DNA of 64,000 nucleotides from Pseudomonadota bacterium (GTDB lineage Bacteria; Myxococcota; JACRCW01; JAFGSX01): NCBI GenBank assembly GCA_043821645.1, contig JBDRCO010000087.1, positions 256,001 to 320,000 of the forward strand, read 5' to 3'. Shown piece by piece: positions 56,354 to 64,000 of this stretch (position 1 is its first letter; each line of letters starts with the position of its first letter). The notes under the pieces were generated by a model. It saw only the letters and a program-made list of their open reading frames with translations, ran no database searches and was not told where the DNA came from. The position numbers and the translations under genes were made by a program.

Positions 56354-56749
56354 GTGAATCTTGAAATCGTGACTCCGGTTCGCAAGCTGCACGATGTCGA
56401 GGCCAGCGAGGTGGTGCTGCCTGGCGCCGTGGGCGAGTTCGGTGTGCTCCCAGGCCACAAGCCCTTCCTGGCCTCGCTCGGCACAGGCGTGATGACCTAC
56501 CGCAGCGGTGGTCAGCTGCACGCGCTGATGATCTCGGGCGGCCTGTGCGAGGTGCTCGAGGATCGTATCGCCGTGCTCGCCGAGTACGCCCAGCCCGCCA
56601 CCGAGATCGACATCGAGCGCGCGCGGCGCAAGATCGGCGAGCTCGAAGGCACGCTGGCCAGGCTGCAGGCTGGCGACGAGCAGGCGCCGGACCTCAACGC
56701 CCGCCTCGAGAAGCACCGCGCTCGCATTTCGGCGGCGGTGTTCAAGTAA
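56354..56749 (+). CDS. atpC: ATP synthase subunit epsilon
   Basis: LEIVTP, GEFGVLPGH, EIDIERA. Confidence 0.96.
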   Translation: MNLEIVTPVRKLHDVEASEVVLPGAVGEFGVLPGHKPFLASLGTGVMTYRSGGQLHALMISGGLCEVLEDRIAVLAEYAQPATEIDIERARRKIGELEGTLARLQAGDEQAPDLNARLEKHRARISAAVFK

Positions 56750-56917
56750 CCGCCTCTCGCAGCTCGCGGTTCGGCGCCTGGTTCGGACTCCTCAGACGCG
56801 CCCTGTCAAATAAACCCTCAAGTAGATTCATGATTTGTTGGTCAGGCCTCCGCCGGGCCGGGTTCGGGAGATCGATGGACCCGTGTGCTAGCATCTGGAG
56901 GTCGTGAGGAGGCCTCC

Positions 56918-59900
56918 ATGAACAAGTTGCATGTCGTGTTCGCTTGCTGCGCTGTGTTGTTGGCGAGCTCGGCTCGCGCGGACGTCGATCTGCACTACGA
57001 CAATGCGGCCAGCTACGTGGTGGCACCGTCTCGCTACAACGTCGATGTCAACGTGGTGCCCAGCGTGGCACGGCGGACACCGGTGGATGTGTTCGTGGGG
57101 AACGGGTCGATTCCAGGAACCACCACCATCAACACCAACAACACGGTGATCAATGCCGACACCTACCTGACCGCCAACGAGGCCGCAGGGGCGACGACAA
57201 TTTCGCTGAACGACAGGGCAGGCTTCGCCAGCGGCGACCTAGTCCTCATCGTCCAGATCCAGGGCTTCACCGCGACCAGCGGCAACCAGGCCGCGGTGCT
57301 CGATCCGGGAAAGGTCGGTCACTTCGAGCTGCAGCGCTTGACGACCCGGAGCGGCAACACCTTCACACTGGATGCGACCTTCAAGCCGGGTGGCCTCGCC
57401 CACGCCTACGACACCACGGACGCCCTGCAGGCGCGCACCCAGGTGGTGCGCGTGCCCGAGTACACCAACCTCACGATCAACGCGACGCGTAGCATCGTGC
57501 CGACCCAGGCCTGGGATGGCAACGAGGGCGGCATCGTCGCACTGGCAGCCACGGGCATCGTGACCATCAATGGCTCGATCAACGCCTCGGGCAGCACCGC
57601 CACGGGTGGCTTCCGGGGTGGCCGGGTCAACACCACCGGGGCCGGCGGCTGTCCTGTCCCGCCGATCGCGCTGGATACGGGCGCCACGAATGGTGGCAAG
57701 GGCGAGGGCATCGATCGACGCAGCTACGCCAACTCGCTGTGGGGGACTGGCAATTACGCCAATGCTGGCGGTGGTGGCAACGAGCACAACGCGGGCGGTG
57801 GTGGCGGTGGCAATGGCGGCACGGGCGGTTACGGTGGCGTCGAGTACGACTGCGATGGCGGTGGCGCCGCGCCTTACCTGGAAACCCGGGGCATGCCCGG
57901 TGTGATGCTGGCCAGCCCGCTGGCGGATCGCGTGTTCTTCGGTGGCGGGGGCGGTTCCGGGCAGCAGAACAACAACGTTGCTTCGCGAGGTGGCATCGGC
58001 GGCGGCATCGTCTTCATCTTCGCCACCACTCTGGCCGGCACAGGCAGTATACAGGTCAATGGCGAGGCCGGTCCCAATACCACAGGCAACGACGGCGCCG
58101 GTGGCGGCGGCGCCGGTGGCAACATCTACATCTCCGTCGTCAACACGCCTGCCACGGCGATCAGCTTGCAGGCCAACGGCGGCAACGGCGGCAACGTCAC
58201 CAACACGGGGGCCCATGGACCTGGTGGCGGGGCCGGCGGTGGACGCGTGTTCGTGTCTGCCGGTTTCGGTACGGCCGTCGTGCAGGTCAACCCCGGACAG
58301 CCCGGAACCTACCAGGGCGGCACGGCGTACCAGGGCACGGCGGGCTCGACGGGCAACGACGAGGACGGACCCTACGTGCAGCTCGCCACCCCGGTTGCCG
58401 CGGGGACCTGCCTGACCCTGGCCGCGGAGACTCCGGCAGCGGGTCACAGCGGCCAGCTGCGCTACCTGATCACGCGCAACGGCGGCGTGAACTGGCTGAC
58501 CCACAACGGCACCGCCTGGGTCACCGGTGGTACCCGCACCAACGCCATCGATGCAGCCACCCTGAACACGCACATTCGCGAGCTGACCGCACTGACGGCC
58601 TTCAATGCACGCGTGTACCTGCTGGGCCTGGCCACCGACACACCCCGCATCGATAGGCTGCTGTTCACCTCCTGTCGCTGCGGCGACGGCCGGGTCGACT
58701 CCGGAGAGGCCTGTGACGATGGCGGCACGACGGGTGGTGACGGCTGCTCGGCCACCTGTACCGTCGAGCTTGGCTACAGTTGCGGCGGCGAGCCCTCGGT
58801 CTGCAGCACGGTGTGCGGCGATGGCTGGATCCGCGGCAGCGAGGCCTGCGACGACAGCGGCACCGCCAACGGCGACGGCTGTTCGTCGACCTGCGCCATC
58901 GAAGGGGGCTTCTTCTGTGCGGGCGAACCAAGCGTGTGCGACGGCATCTGTGGTGATTCGCTGGTGCGCGGCACCGAGACCTGCGACGACGGCCACACCA
59001 CGGCCTGCGGCGCCTGCAACGCGACCTGCACGGGTGCGGGTACGGGCTCGACCTGCGGCGACAGCGTGGTGTGTGCGGACACCGAGACTTGCGACGACGG
59101 TCACACCACAGCCTGCGGTCCCTGCAACGCGACCTGCACCGGCGCGGGCACGGGCTCGACCTGCGGCGACAGCGTGGTGTGCGCGGACACCGAGATCTGC
59201 GACGACGGCCACACCACAGCCTGCGGTCCCTGCAACGCGACCTGCACCGGCGCGGGCACAGGCTCGACCTGCGGTGACAGCGTGGTGTGTGCGGACACCG
59301 AGACCTGCGACGACGGTCACACCTCGGCCTGCGGTGCCTGCAATGCAACCTGCAATGGGGCAGGCACGGGCTCGACCTGTGGCGACAGTGTGCAGTGTGC
59401 AGACACCGAGGCCTGTGACGACGGAAACACGTCCGACGGAGACTACTGCGCCAGCGACTGCTCTGCGGTGACTGGTTCCTGCGGTGACGGCACGGTTCAG
59501 TCCAACGAGGTCTGTGACGATGGCAATACCAGTAGCTTCGACGGCTGTACCGCGACCTGCACGGTGGAACCCGGCTACCTGTGCAGTGGCGAGCCCAGCG
59601 TGTGCACGCCGGCCTGTGGCAACGGAACGCTGGACAGCGGCGAGACCTGTGACGACGGAGACTCGGTGAGCGGTGACGGATGCTCGTCGCTGTGTGGCGT
59701 CGAGTCTGGCTGGACCTGCACCGGTGAACCGTCACTCTGTAGCCCGACGTGTGGCGACGGCGCGATCCTGGGAGGCGAGGCCTGCGACGACGGTGGTCTG
59801 GTGGATGGCGATGGCTGTTCCTCGTCCTGCGTGGTGGAGCCAGGCTACACATGCAGCGGTGAGCCCAGCACCTGTGCGATCACCTGTGGCGACGGAACCC

Positions 59901-62900
59901 TGGATCCCGGGGAGTTCTGCGATGACGGCGATCTGGACAGCGGCGATGGCTGCTCGTCGTCGTGCAGCGTCGAACCCGGGTACAGCTGCGACGGAGGGTC
60001 CCCGTCGCAATGCGTCCCGACCTGCGGAAACGGTGCGCTCAACGGATCCGAGGTCTGCGACGACGGCAACGAGGACGACGGCGATGGTTGTTCCTCGACC
60101 TGCCTGATCGAGACGGGGTACCTGTGTGTCGGGGCTCCATCGAGCTGCACTCCGGTGTGCGGCGACGGCCGGATCATCGGAGGGGAGGCCTGCGACGACA
60201 ACAACACTGCGGACGGCGACGGGTGCTCGGCCACCTGTGCTGTCGAGTCCGGCTACAGCTGCACCGATGAGCCTAGTTACTGTGCGCCCAACTGTGGCAA
60301 CGGCGTCTTCAATCCTGGTGAGGCCTGTGACGACTCCAACACCAGCGACGGCGACGGTTGCTCGTCCACCTGTGTGGTCGAGGGGGGCTTTGCCTGTAGC
60401 GGTACGCCCTCGTCGTGCAACGCCATCTGCGGCGATGGCCTGATCCTGGGCGGAGAGACCTGTGACGACGGTGGCGTCGCCGACGACGACGGCTGCTCTG
60501 CAACATGCACCGTGGAGACAGGCTTCGTGTGCTCGGGAACGCCGAGCATCTGCATCTTCAGCTGCGGCAATGGAACTCTGGAACCCAGCGAGGCCTGCGA
60601 CGACGGCGGCAATGTGGATGGCGATGGCTGCACTGCAGGATGCATCATCGAGGCGGGCTACCTGTGTGCCAGTGAGCCCTCGGTCTGCGTGCCGGACTGT
60701 GGCGATGGTCTGCTGCGGGGCACCGAGGCCTGCGACGACACCAACACCGTGGATGGTGATGGCTGCTCGACCCTGTGCGCGGTGGAACCTGGCTTTGCCT
60801 GCCTGGGAGAGCCCTCGACCTGTACCGCCATCTGTGGCGACGGGCAGATCCTGGGTGCCGAGACCTGCGACGACAGCAATGCGACGAGCTTTGATGGCTG
60901 CTCGGCACTCTGCCTGGTCGAGCCAGGCTACGTGTGCAGCGGGGAGCCGAGCACCTGTGTTCCCACTTGCGGTAACGGCGTCGTGGAGGCGGGCGAGACC
61001 TGCGACGATGGGGCGGCCGTGAGCGGCGACGGCTGCTCTGCCATCTGTGCCCTCGAGTCCGGTTGGACCTGTACCGGAACGCCCTCGACCTGCACGCCGA
61101 CCTGCGGCGACGGCCTGCTGCGCGGTGGCGAAACGTGCGACGACGGTGGCGTTCTGGACGGCGATGGGTGCTCGACGGTGTGTGCGGTGGAGCCAGGCTT
61201 CGCCTGCGCGGGTGAACCGAGTTCCTGTACGGCGACCTGCAGCAACGGCTCCCTCGATGCAGGTGAGGCCTGCGATGACGGCAATACCACCGACGGCGAC
61301 GGCTGCTCCTCGACCTGCGCGGTCGAACCCGGGTACAGCTGCGCTGGTGAACCCAGTGTGTGCGCGGCCCTGTGTGGCGACGGCACCCTGGACTCCGGTG
61401 AGAACTGTGACGATGGCAACCTGGTCGTGGGGGATGGCTGCACCGCGAGCTGCCAGCCCGAGGCGGGCTGGACCTGCGTGGGTGCAGGCGCGGGCTCGTG
61501 CGCACCGACCTGTGGCGACGGGCTGCTGCGCGGAGGAGAGGCCTGTGATGACTCCAACACCGCAGCGGGCGACGGCTGCTCTGCGACCTGCACGGTGGAG
61601 CCAGGCTACAGCTGCACCGATGAACCCAGCTACTGCGCCCCCAACTGCGGCAACGGTTCGCTGAACCCGGGCGAGACCTGTGACGACGGCAATGCCAGTG
61701 GCGGCGATGGCTGCTCCTCGATCTGTGCCATTGAGCCGGGCTACGCGTGCAGCGGCACACCCAGTGTCTGTGCCCTGCTTTGCGGCAACAGCGCGCTGGA
61801 TACGGGCGAGAGCTGTGACGACGGCAATGCGGCCAGTGGCGATGGCTGCTCCAGCGTCTGCCAGTTCGAGTCTGGCTGGATCTGCGCCGGCTTGCCGACC
61901 GTGTGCATCTCCATCTGCGGCGATGGACTGGTTCGTGGCGCCGAGGCCTGCGACGACGCCAACCTGGACCTCGGCGACGGCTGCGATTCGACTTGCCAGG
62001 ACGAAACGGGCTGGATCTGCAGCGGCGAGCCCAGCGCCTGCAACGAGGACTGTGGCGACGGAGTGGTGGTCGGCGCCGAGACCTGCGATGACGCCAACGT
62101 GGCCAGTGGAGACGGCTGCAGCGCCGGTTGCGTGACCGAGCCGGGCTACACCTGCACCGGGGAACCCAGTCTGTGCGCTCCGGTGTGTGGCAACGGTGCG
62201 ATCAACCCCGGGGAGCAGTGCGACGATGGAAACCCCAGCAGCAGCGACGGGTGCTCGGACACCTGCGTGGTCGAACCTGGCTATGCCTGCACCGGTGTTC
62301 CCAGCACCTGCACCTTGACCTGTGGCGACGGCGCCCAGGATGCCGGCGAGGCCTGTGACGACGGTAACCTGATCGCCGGTGATGGCTGCAGTGCGGCTTG
62401 TGCCATCGAACCGCGCTGGACCTGCAGCGGAGCCGGCGCCGGCTCGTGTACCTGCCTGCCCGCGTACACCGGTCCCACCTGCGCCCAGTGTGCTGCGGGC
62501 TACAGCGGTCCCACCTGCGAGCCCGCGCTCTGCGGCAACGCGGCATTGGATTCGGGCGAGGGCTGTGACGACGGCGCAATGGACGACAATGACGGTTGCT
62601 CGGCCACCTGCAGCGTCGAGCCCGGCTACGTGTGCCTGGGCGAGCCGAGCACCTGCGTCCTGTCCTGCGGCAACAGCGCCCTGGATGCGGGCGAGACCTG
62701 CGACGATGGCAACACCGCGGAGGGCGATGGCTGCTCGGCGAACTGTGCGGTCGAACCCGGTTACGTCTGCTCGGGATCGCCGAGCACCTGCGTGGCGACC
62801 TGCGGCGACGGCTTTCTGGATACGGGCGAGTTCTGCGACGACGGCAACACGGCCGACGGCGATGGCTGCACGGCGCTGTGTGTCGTGGACACAGGCTATC

Positions 62901-64000
62901 TGTGCAATGGCGCGCCCAGTGCCTGTGCGCCAGACTGTGGCGACGGAATGATCGTGGGAGGCGAGGCTTGCGACGACGGTGGCACGGCCGATGGCGACGG
63001 CTGCTCTGCGACCTGCGCTGTCGAGCCTGGCTACGCCTGCAGTGGTGCTCCCAGCCTGTGTGCCCTCACCTGTGGCGACGGCATGATCGACGCTGGCGAG
63101 GCCTGCGACGATGGCAATGGCACCAACGGCGATGGCTGCACCGATGTGTGCCAGGTCGAGTTCGCCTACCGCTGTCTGGGAGAACCCTCGGCCTGCGTCA
63201 CCGTGTGCGGGGACGGCGAGCGTGCCTTCGCCGAGGCCTGCGATGACGCCAACGTCCTCGCGGGGGATGGGTGCTCCGACGCGTGCGTGGTCGAGCACGG
63301 CTTCTCCTGCTCGGGTGACGCGCCCAGCCTGTGCGCCTCGACCTGCGGTGACGGCGCCGTCGCCGCGGATGAGGCCTGCGACGACGGGGCAACCGTGGAT
63401 GGCGATGGCTGCACGGCGCTCTGCGCCATCGAGGCAGGCTACGGCTGTAACGGCGAGCCCAGCACCTGCACCGTGACCTGCGGCGATGGCCTGGTGACCG
63501 GCGCCGAGGCCTGTGACGACGGGGGCCTGCTGGATGGGGATGGCTGCTCCGCGAGCTGCGCCCTCGAGACGGGCTACACCTGCTCGGGCGCGCCCAGCAT
63601 CTGCGTGGCGGTCTGCGGCGATGGACTGGTGCGGGGTGGCGAGAGCTGCGACGACGGCGGCACCAGCGACGGCGATGGCTGCTCCGGCCTGTGCGCCAGC
63701 GAGGCCGGCTATGTGTGTACCGGTGAGCCCAGCACCTGCGTCGTGACCTGTGGCGATGGTCTGGTGATCGGCGCCGAGGCCTGCGACGACGGCGCCCTGG
63801 TGGATGGCGACGGCTGCTCGGCCAGCTGTGCCGTCGAGGCAGGCTATGCCTGTGGCGGCGAGCCCAGCGTCTGCACCGCGGTGTGCGGCGATGGCCTGCT
63901 GCGCGGGGCCGAGGCCTGTGATGACAGCAATGGCAGCGACGGCGACGGCTGCGATGCGAGCTGTACAATCGAAGCAGGGTACGCCTGTACCGGCGAGCCA
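56918..64000 (+). CDS. Giant secreted/surface protein (>2360 aa, 3'-truncated): AgmC-like N-terminal domain, Gly-rich region, about 40 Myxococcus Cys-rich (DUF4215-type) repeats
   Basis: Absent from the ORF track because no stop is in the window; GAGGAGG RBS, MNKLHVVFACCAVLLASSARA signal, GDLVLIVQ..QVVRVPEYT..WDGNEGGIVA..GFRGG, then CGDG..E.CDDG..DGCS..C units. Confidence 0.88.
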   Translation, partial: MNKLHVVFACCAVLLASSARADVDLHYDNAASYVVAPSRYNVDVNVVPSVARRTPVDVFVGNGSIPGTTTINTNNTVINADTYLTANEAAGATTISLNDRAGFASGDLVLIVQIQGFTATSGNQAAVLDPGKVGHFELQRLTTRSGNTFTLDATFKPGGLAHAYDTTDALQARTQVVRVPEYTNLTINATRSIVPTQAWDGNEGGIVALAATGIVTINGSINASGSTATGGFRGGRVNTTGAGGCPVPPIALDTGATNGGKGEGIDRRSYANSLWGTGNYANAGGGGNEHNAGGGGGGNGGTGGYGGVEYDCDGGGAAPYLETRGMPGVMLASPLADRVFFGGGGGSGQQNNNVASRGGIGGGIVFIFATTLAGTGSIQVNGEAGPNTTGNDGAGGGGAGGNIYISVVNTPATAISLQANGGNGGNVTNTGAHGPGGGAGGGRVFVSAGFGTAVVQVNPGQPGTYQGGTAYQGTAGSTGNDEDGPYVQLATPVAAGTCLTLAAETPAAGHSGQLRYLITRNGGVNWLTHNGTAWVTGGTRTNAIDAATLNTHIRELTALTAFNARVYLLGLATDTPRIDRLLFTSCRCGDGRVDSGEACDDGGTTGGDGCSATCTVELGYSCGGEPSVCSTVCGDGWIRGSEACDDSGTANGDGCSSTCAIEGGFFCAGEPSVCDGICGDSLVRGTETCDDGHTTACGACNATCTGAGTGSTCGDSVVCADTETCDDGHTTACGPCNATCTGAGTGSTCGDSVVCADTEICDDGHTTACGPCNATCTGAGTGSTCGDSVVCADTETCDDGHTSACGACNATCNGAGTGSTCGDSVQCADTEACDDGNTSDGDYCASDCSAVTGSCGDGTVQSNEVCDDGNTSSFDGCTATCTVEPGYLCSGEPSVCTPACGNGTLDSGETCDDGDSVSGDGCSSLCGVESGWTCTGEPSLCSPTCGDGAILGGEACDDGGLVDGDGCSSSCVVEPGYTCSGEPSTCAITCGDGTLDPGEFCDDGDLDSGDGCSSSCSVEPGYSCDGGSPSQCVPTCGNGALNGSEVCDDGNEDDGDGCSSTCLIETGYLCVGAPSSCTPVCGDGRIIGGEACDDNNTADGDGCSATCAVESGYSCTDEPSYCAPNCGNGVFNPGEACDDSNTSDGDGCSSTCVVEGGFACSGTPSSCNAICGDGLILGGETCDDGGVADDDGCSATCTVETGFVCSGTPSICIFSCGNGTLEPSEACDDGGNVDGDGCTAGCIIEAGYLCASEPSVCVPDCGDGLLRGTEACDDTNTVDGDGCSTLCAVEPGFACLGEPSTCTAICGDGQILGAETCDDSNATSFDGCSALCLVEPGYVCSGEPSTCVPTCGNGVVEAGETCDDGAAVSGDGCSAICALESGWTCTGTPSTCTPTCGDGLLRGGETCDDGGVLDGDGCSTVCAVEPGFACAGEPSSCTATCSNGSLDAGEACDDGNTTDGDGCSSTCAVEPGYSCAGEPSVCAALCGDGTLDSGENCDDGNLVVGDGCTASCQPEAGWTCVGAGAGSCAPTCGDGLLRGGEACDDSNTAAGDGCSATCTVEPGYSCTDEPSYCAPNCGNGSLNPGETCDDGNASGGDGCSSICAIEPGYACSGTPSVCALLCGNSALDTGESCDDGNAASGDGCSSVCQFESGWICAGLPTVCISICGDGLVRGAEACDDANLDLGDGCDSTCQDETGWICSGEPSACNEDCGDGVVVGAETCDDANVASGDGCSAGCVTEPGYTCTGEPSLCAPVCGNGAINPGEQCDDGNPSSSDGCSDTCVVEPGYACTGVPSTCTLTCGDGAQDAGEACDDGNLIAGDGCSAACAIEPRWTCSGAGAGSCTCLPAYTGPTCAQCAAGYSGPTCEPALCGNAALDSGEGCDDGAMDDNDGCSATCSVEPGYVCLGEPSTCVLSCGNSALDAGETCDDGNTAEGDGCSANCAVEPGYVCSGSPSTCVATCGDGFLDTGEFCDDGNTADGDGCTALCVVDTGYLCNGAPSACAPDCGDGMIVGGEACDDGGTADGDGCSATCAVEPGYACSGAPSLCALTCGDGMIDAGEACDDGNGTNGDGCTDVCQVEFAYRCLGEPSACVTVCGDGERAFAEACDDANVLAGDGCSDACVVEHGFSCSGDAPSLCASTCGDGAVAADEACDDGATVDGDGCTALCAIEAGYGCNGEPSTCTVTCGDGLVTGAEACDDGGLLDGDGCSASCALETGYTCSGAPSICVAVCGDGLVRGGESCDDGGTSDGDGCSGLCASEAGYVCTGEPSTCVVTCGDGLVIGAEACDDGALVDGDGCSASCAVEAGYACGGEPSVCTAVCGDGLLRGAEACDDSNGSDGDGCDASCTIEAGYACTGEP
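58676..64000 (+). repeat. Array of about 135-nt (45 aa) Cys-rich coding repeats
   Basis: CDD codons recur at mostly 135-nt spacing; about 40 counted by eye. Confidence 0.9.
58979..59410 (+). repeat. Four near-identical 108-nt tandem units (TCDDGHTTACGxCNATCTGAGTGSTCGDSVVCADTE)
   Basis: CDD codons at about 58982, 59090, 59198, 59306, 59414 with high nucleotide identity. Confidence 0.9.

Noticed and set aside
58979-59410. Regular repeats as a CRISPR array
   Set aside because: In-frame coding tandem units without unique spacers; no cas genes

Overview
GC-rich chromosomal window that looks like Myxococcota/deltaproteobacterial DNA (CglF/GltF-like protein, AgmC-like giant protein with Myxococcus Cys-rich repeats, split atp operon, needle-less T3SS). 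In order: 3' part of uvrA, HIT protein, OM barrel, atpZ-I-B-E; a type III export cluster with several flagellar traits (sctJ plus a FliG-like gene on the minus strand behind a GT39 glycosyltransferase; sctN-O-P/fliK-Q-fliO-R-S-T on the plus strand; no needle, secretin, sctU or sctV in the window); MCE and OmpA proteins; an octaheme HAO-like cytochrome with a perfect FNR box; the rpsP-khpA-rimM-trmD-rplS-rnhB-yraN-rsmI block interrupted by a TubZ-like tubulin/FtsZ-family gene with a HEAT-like tail, by gdhA plus a REC-PPDK_N gene, and by a membrane-anchored, catalytically degenerate SMC/Rad50-like gene; a sigma54 two-component pair; cydAB; atpF'FHAGDC; and a >2360 aa surface protein running off the window end. 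The best leads are the chromosomal TubZ-like gene with a 17-codon A/T-ending patch, a dispersed two-hairpin intergenic repeat with compensatory stem changes, the pseudo-SMC, and the flagellum-like T3SS with a probable internal start in sctQ. No rRNA, tRNA, CRISPR array or transposase was recognised. All calls come from reading motifs by eye, with no database searches.
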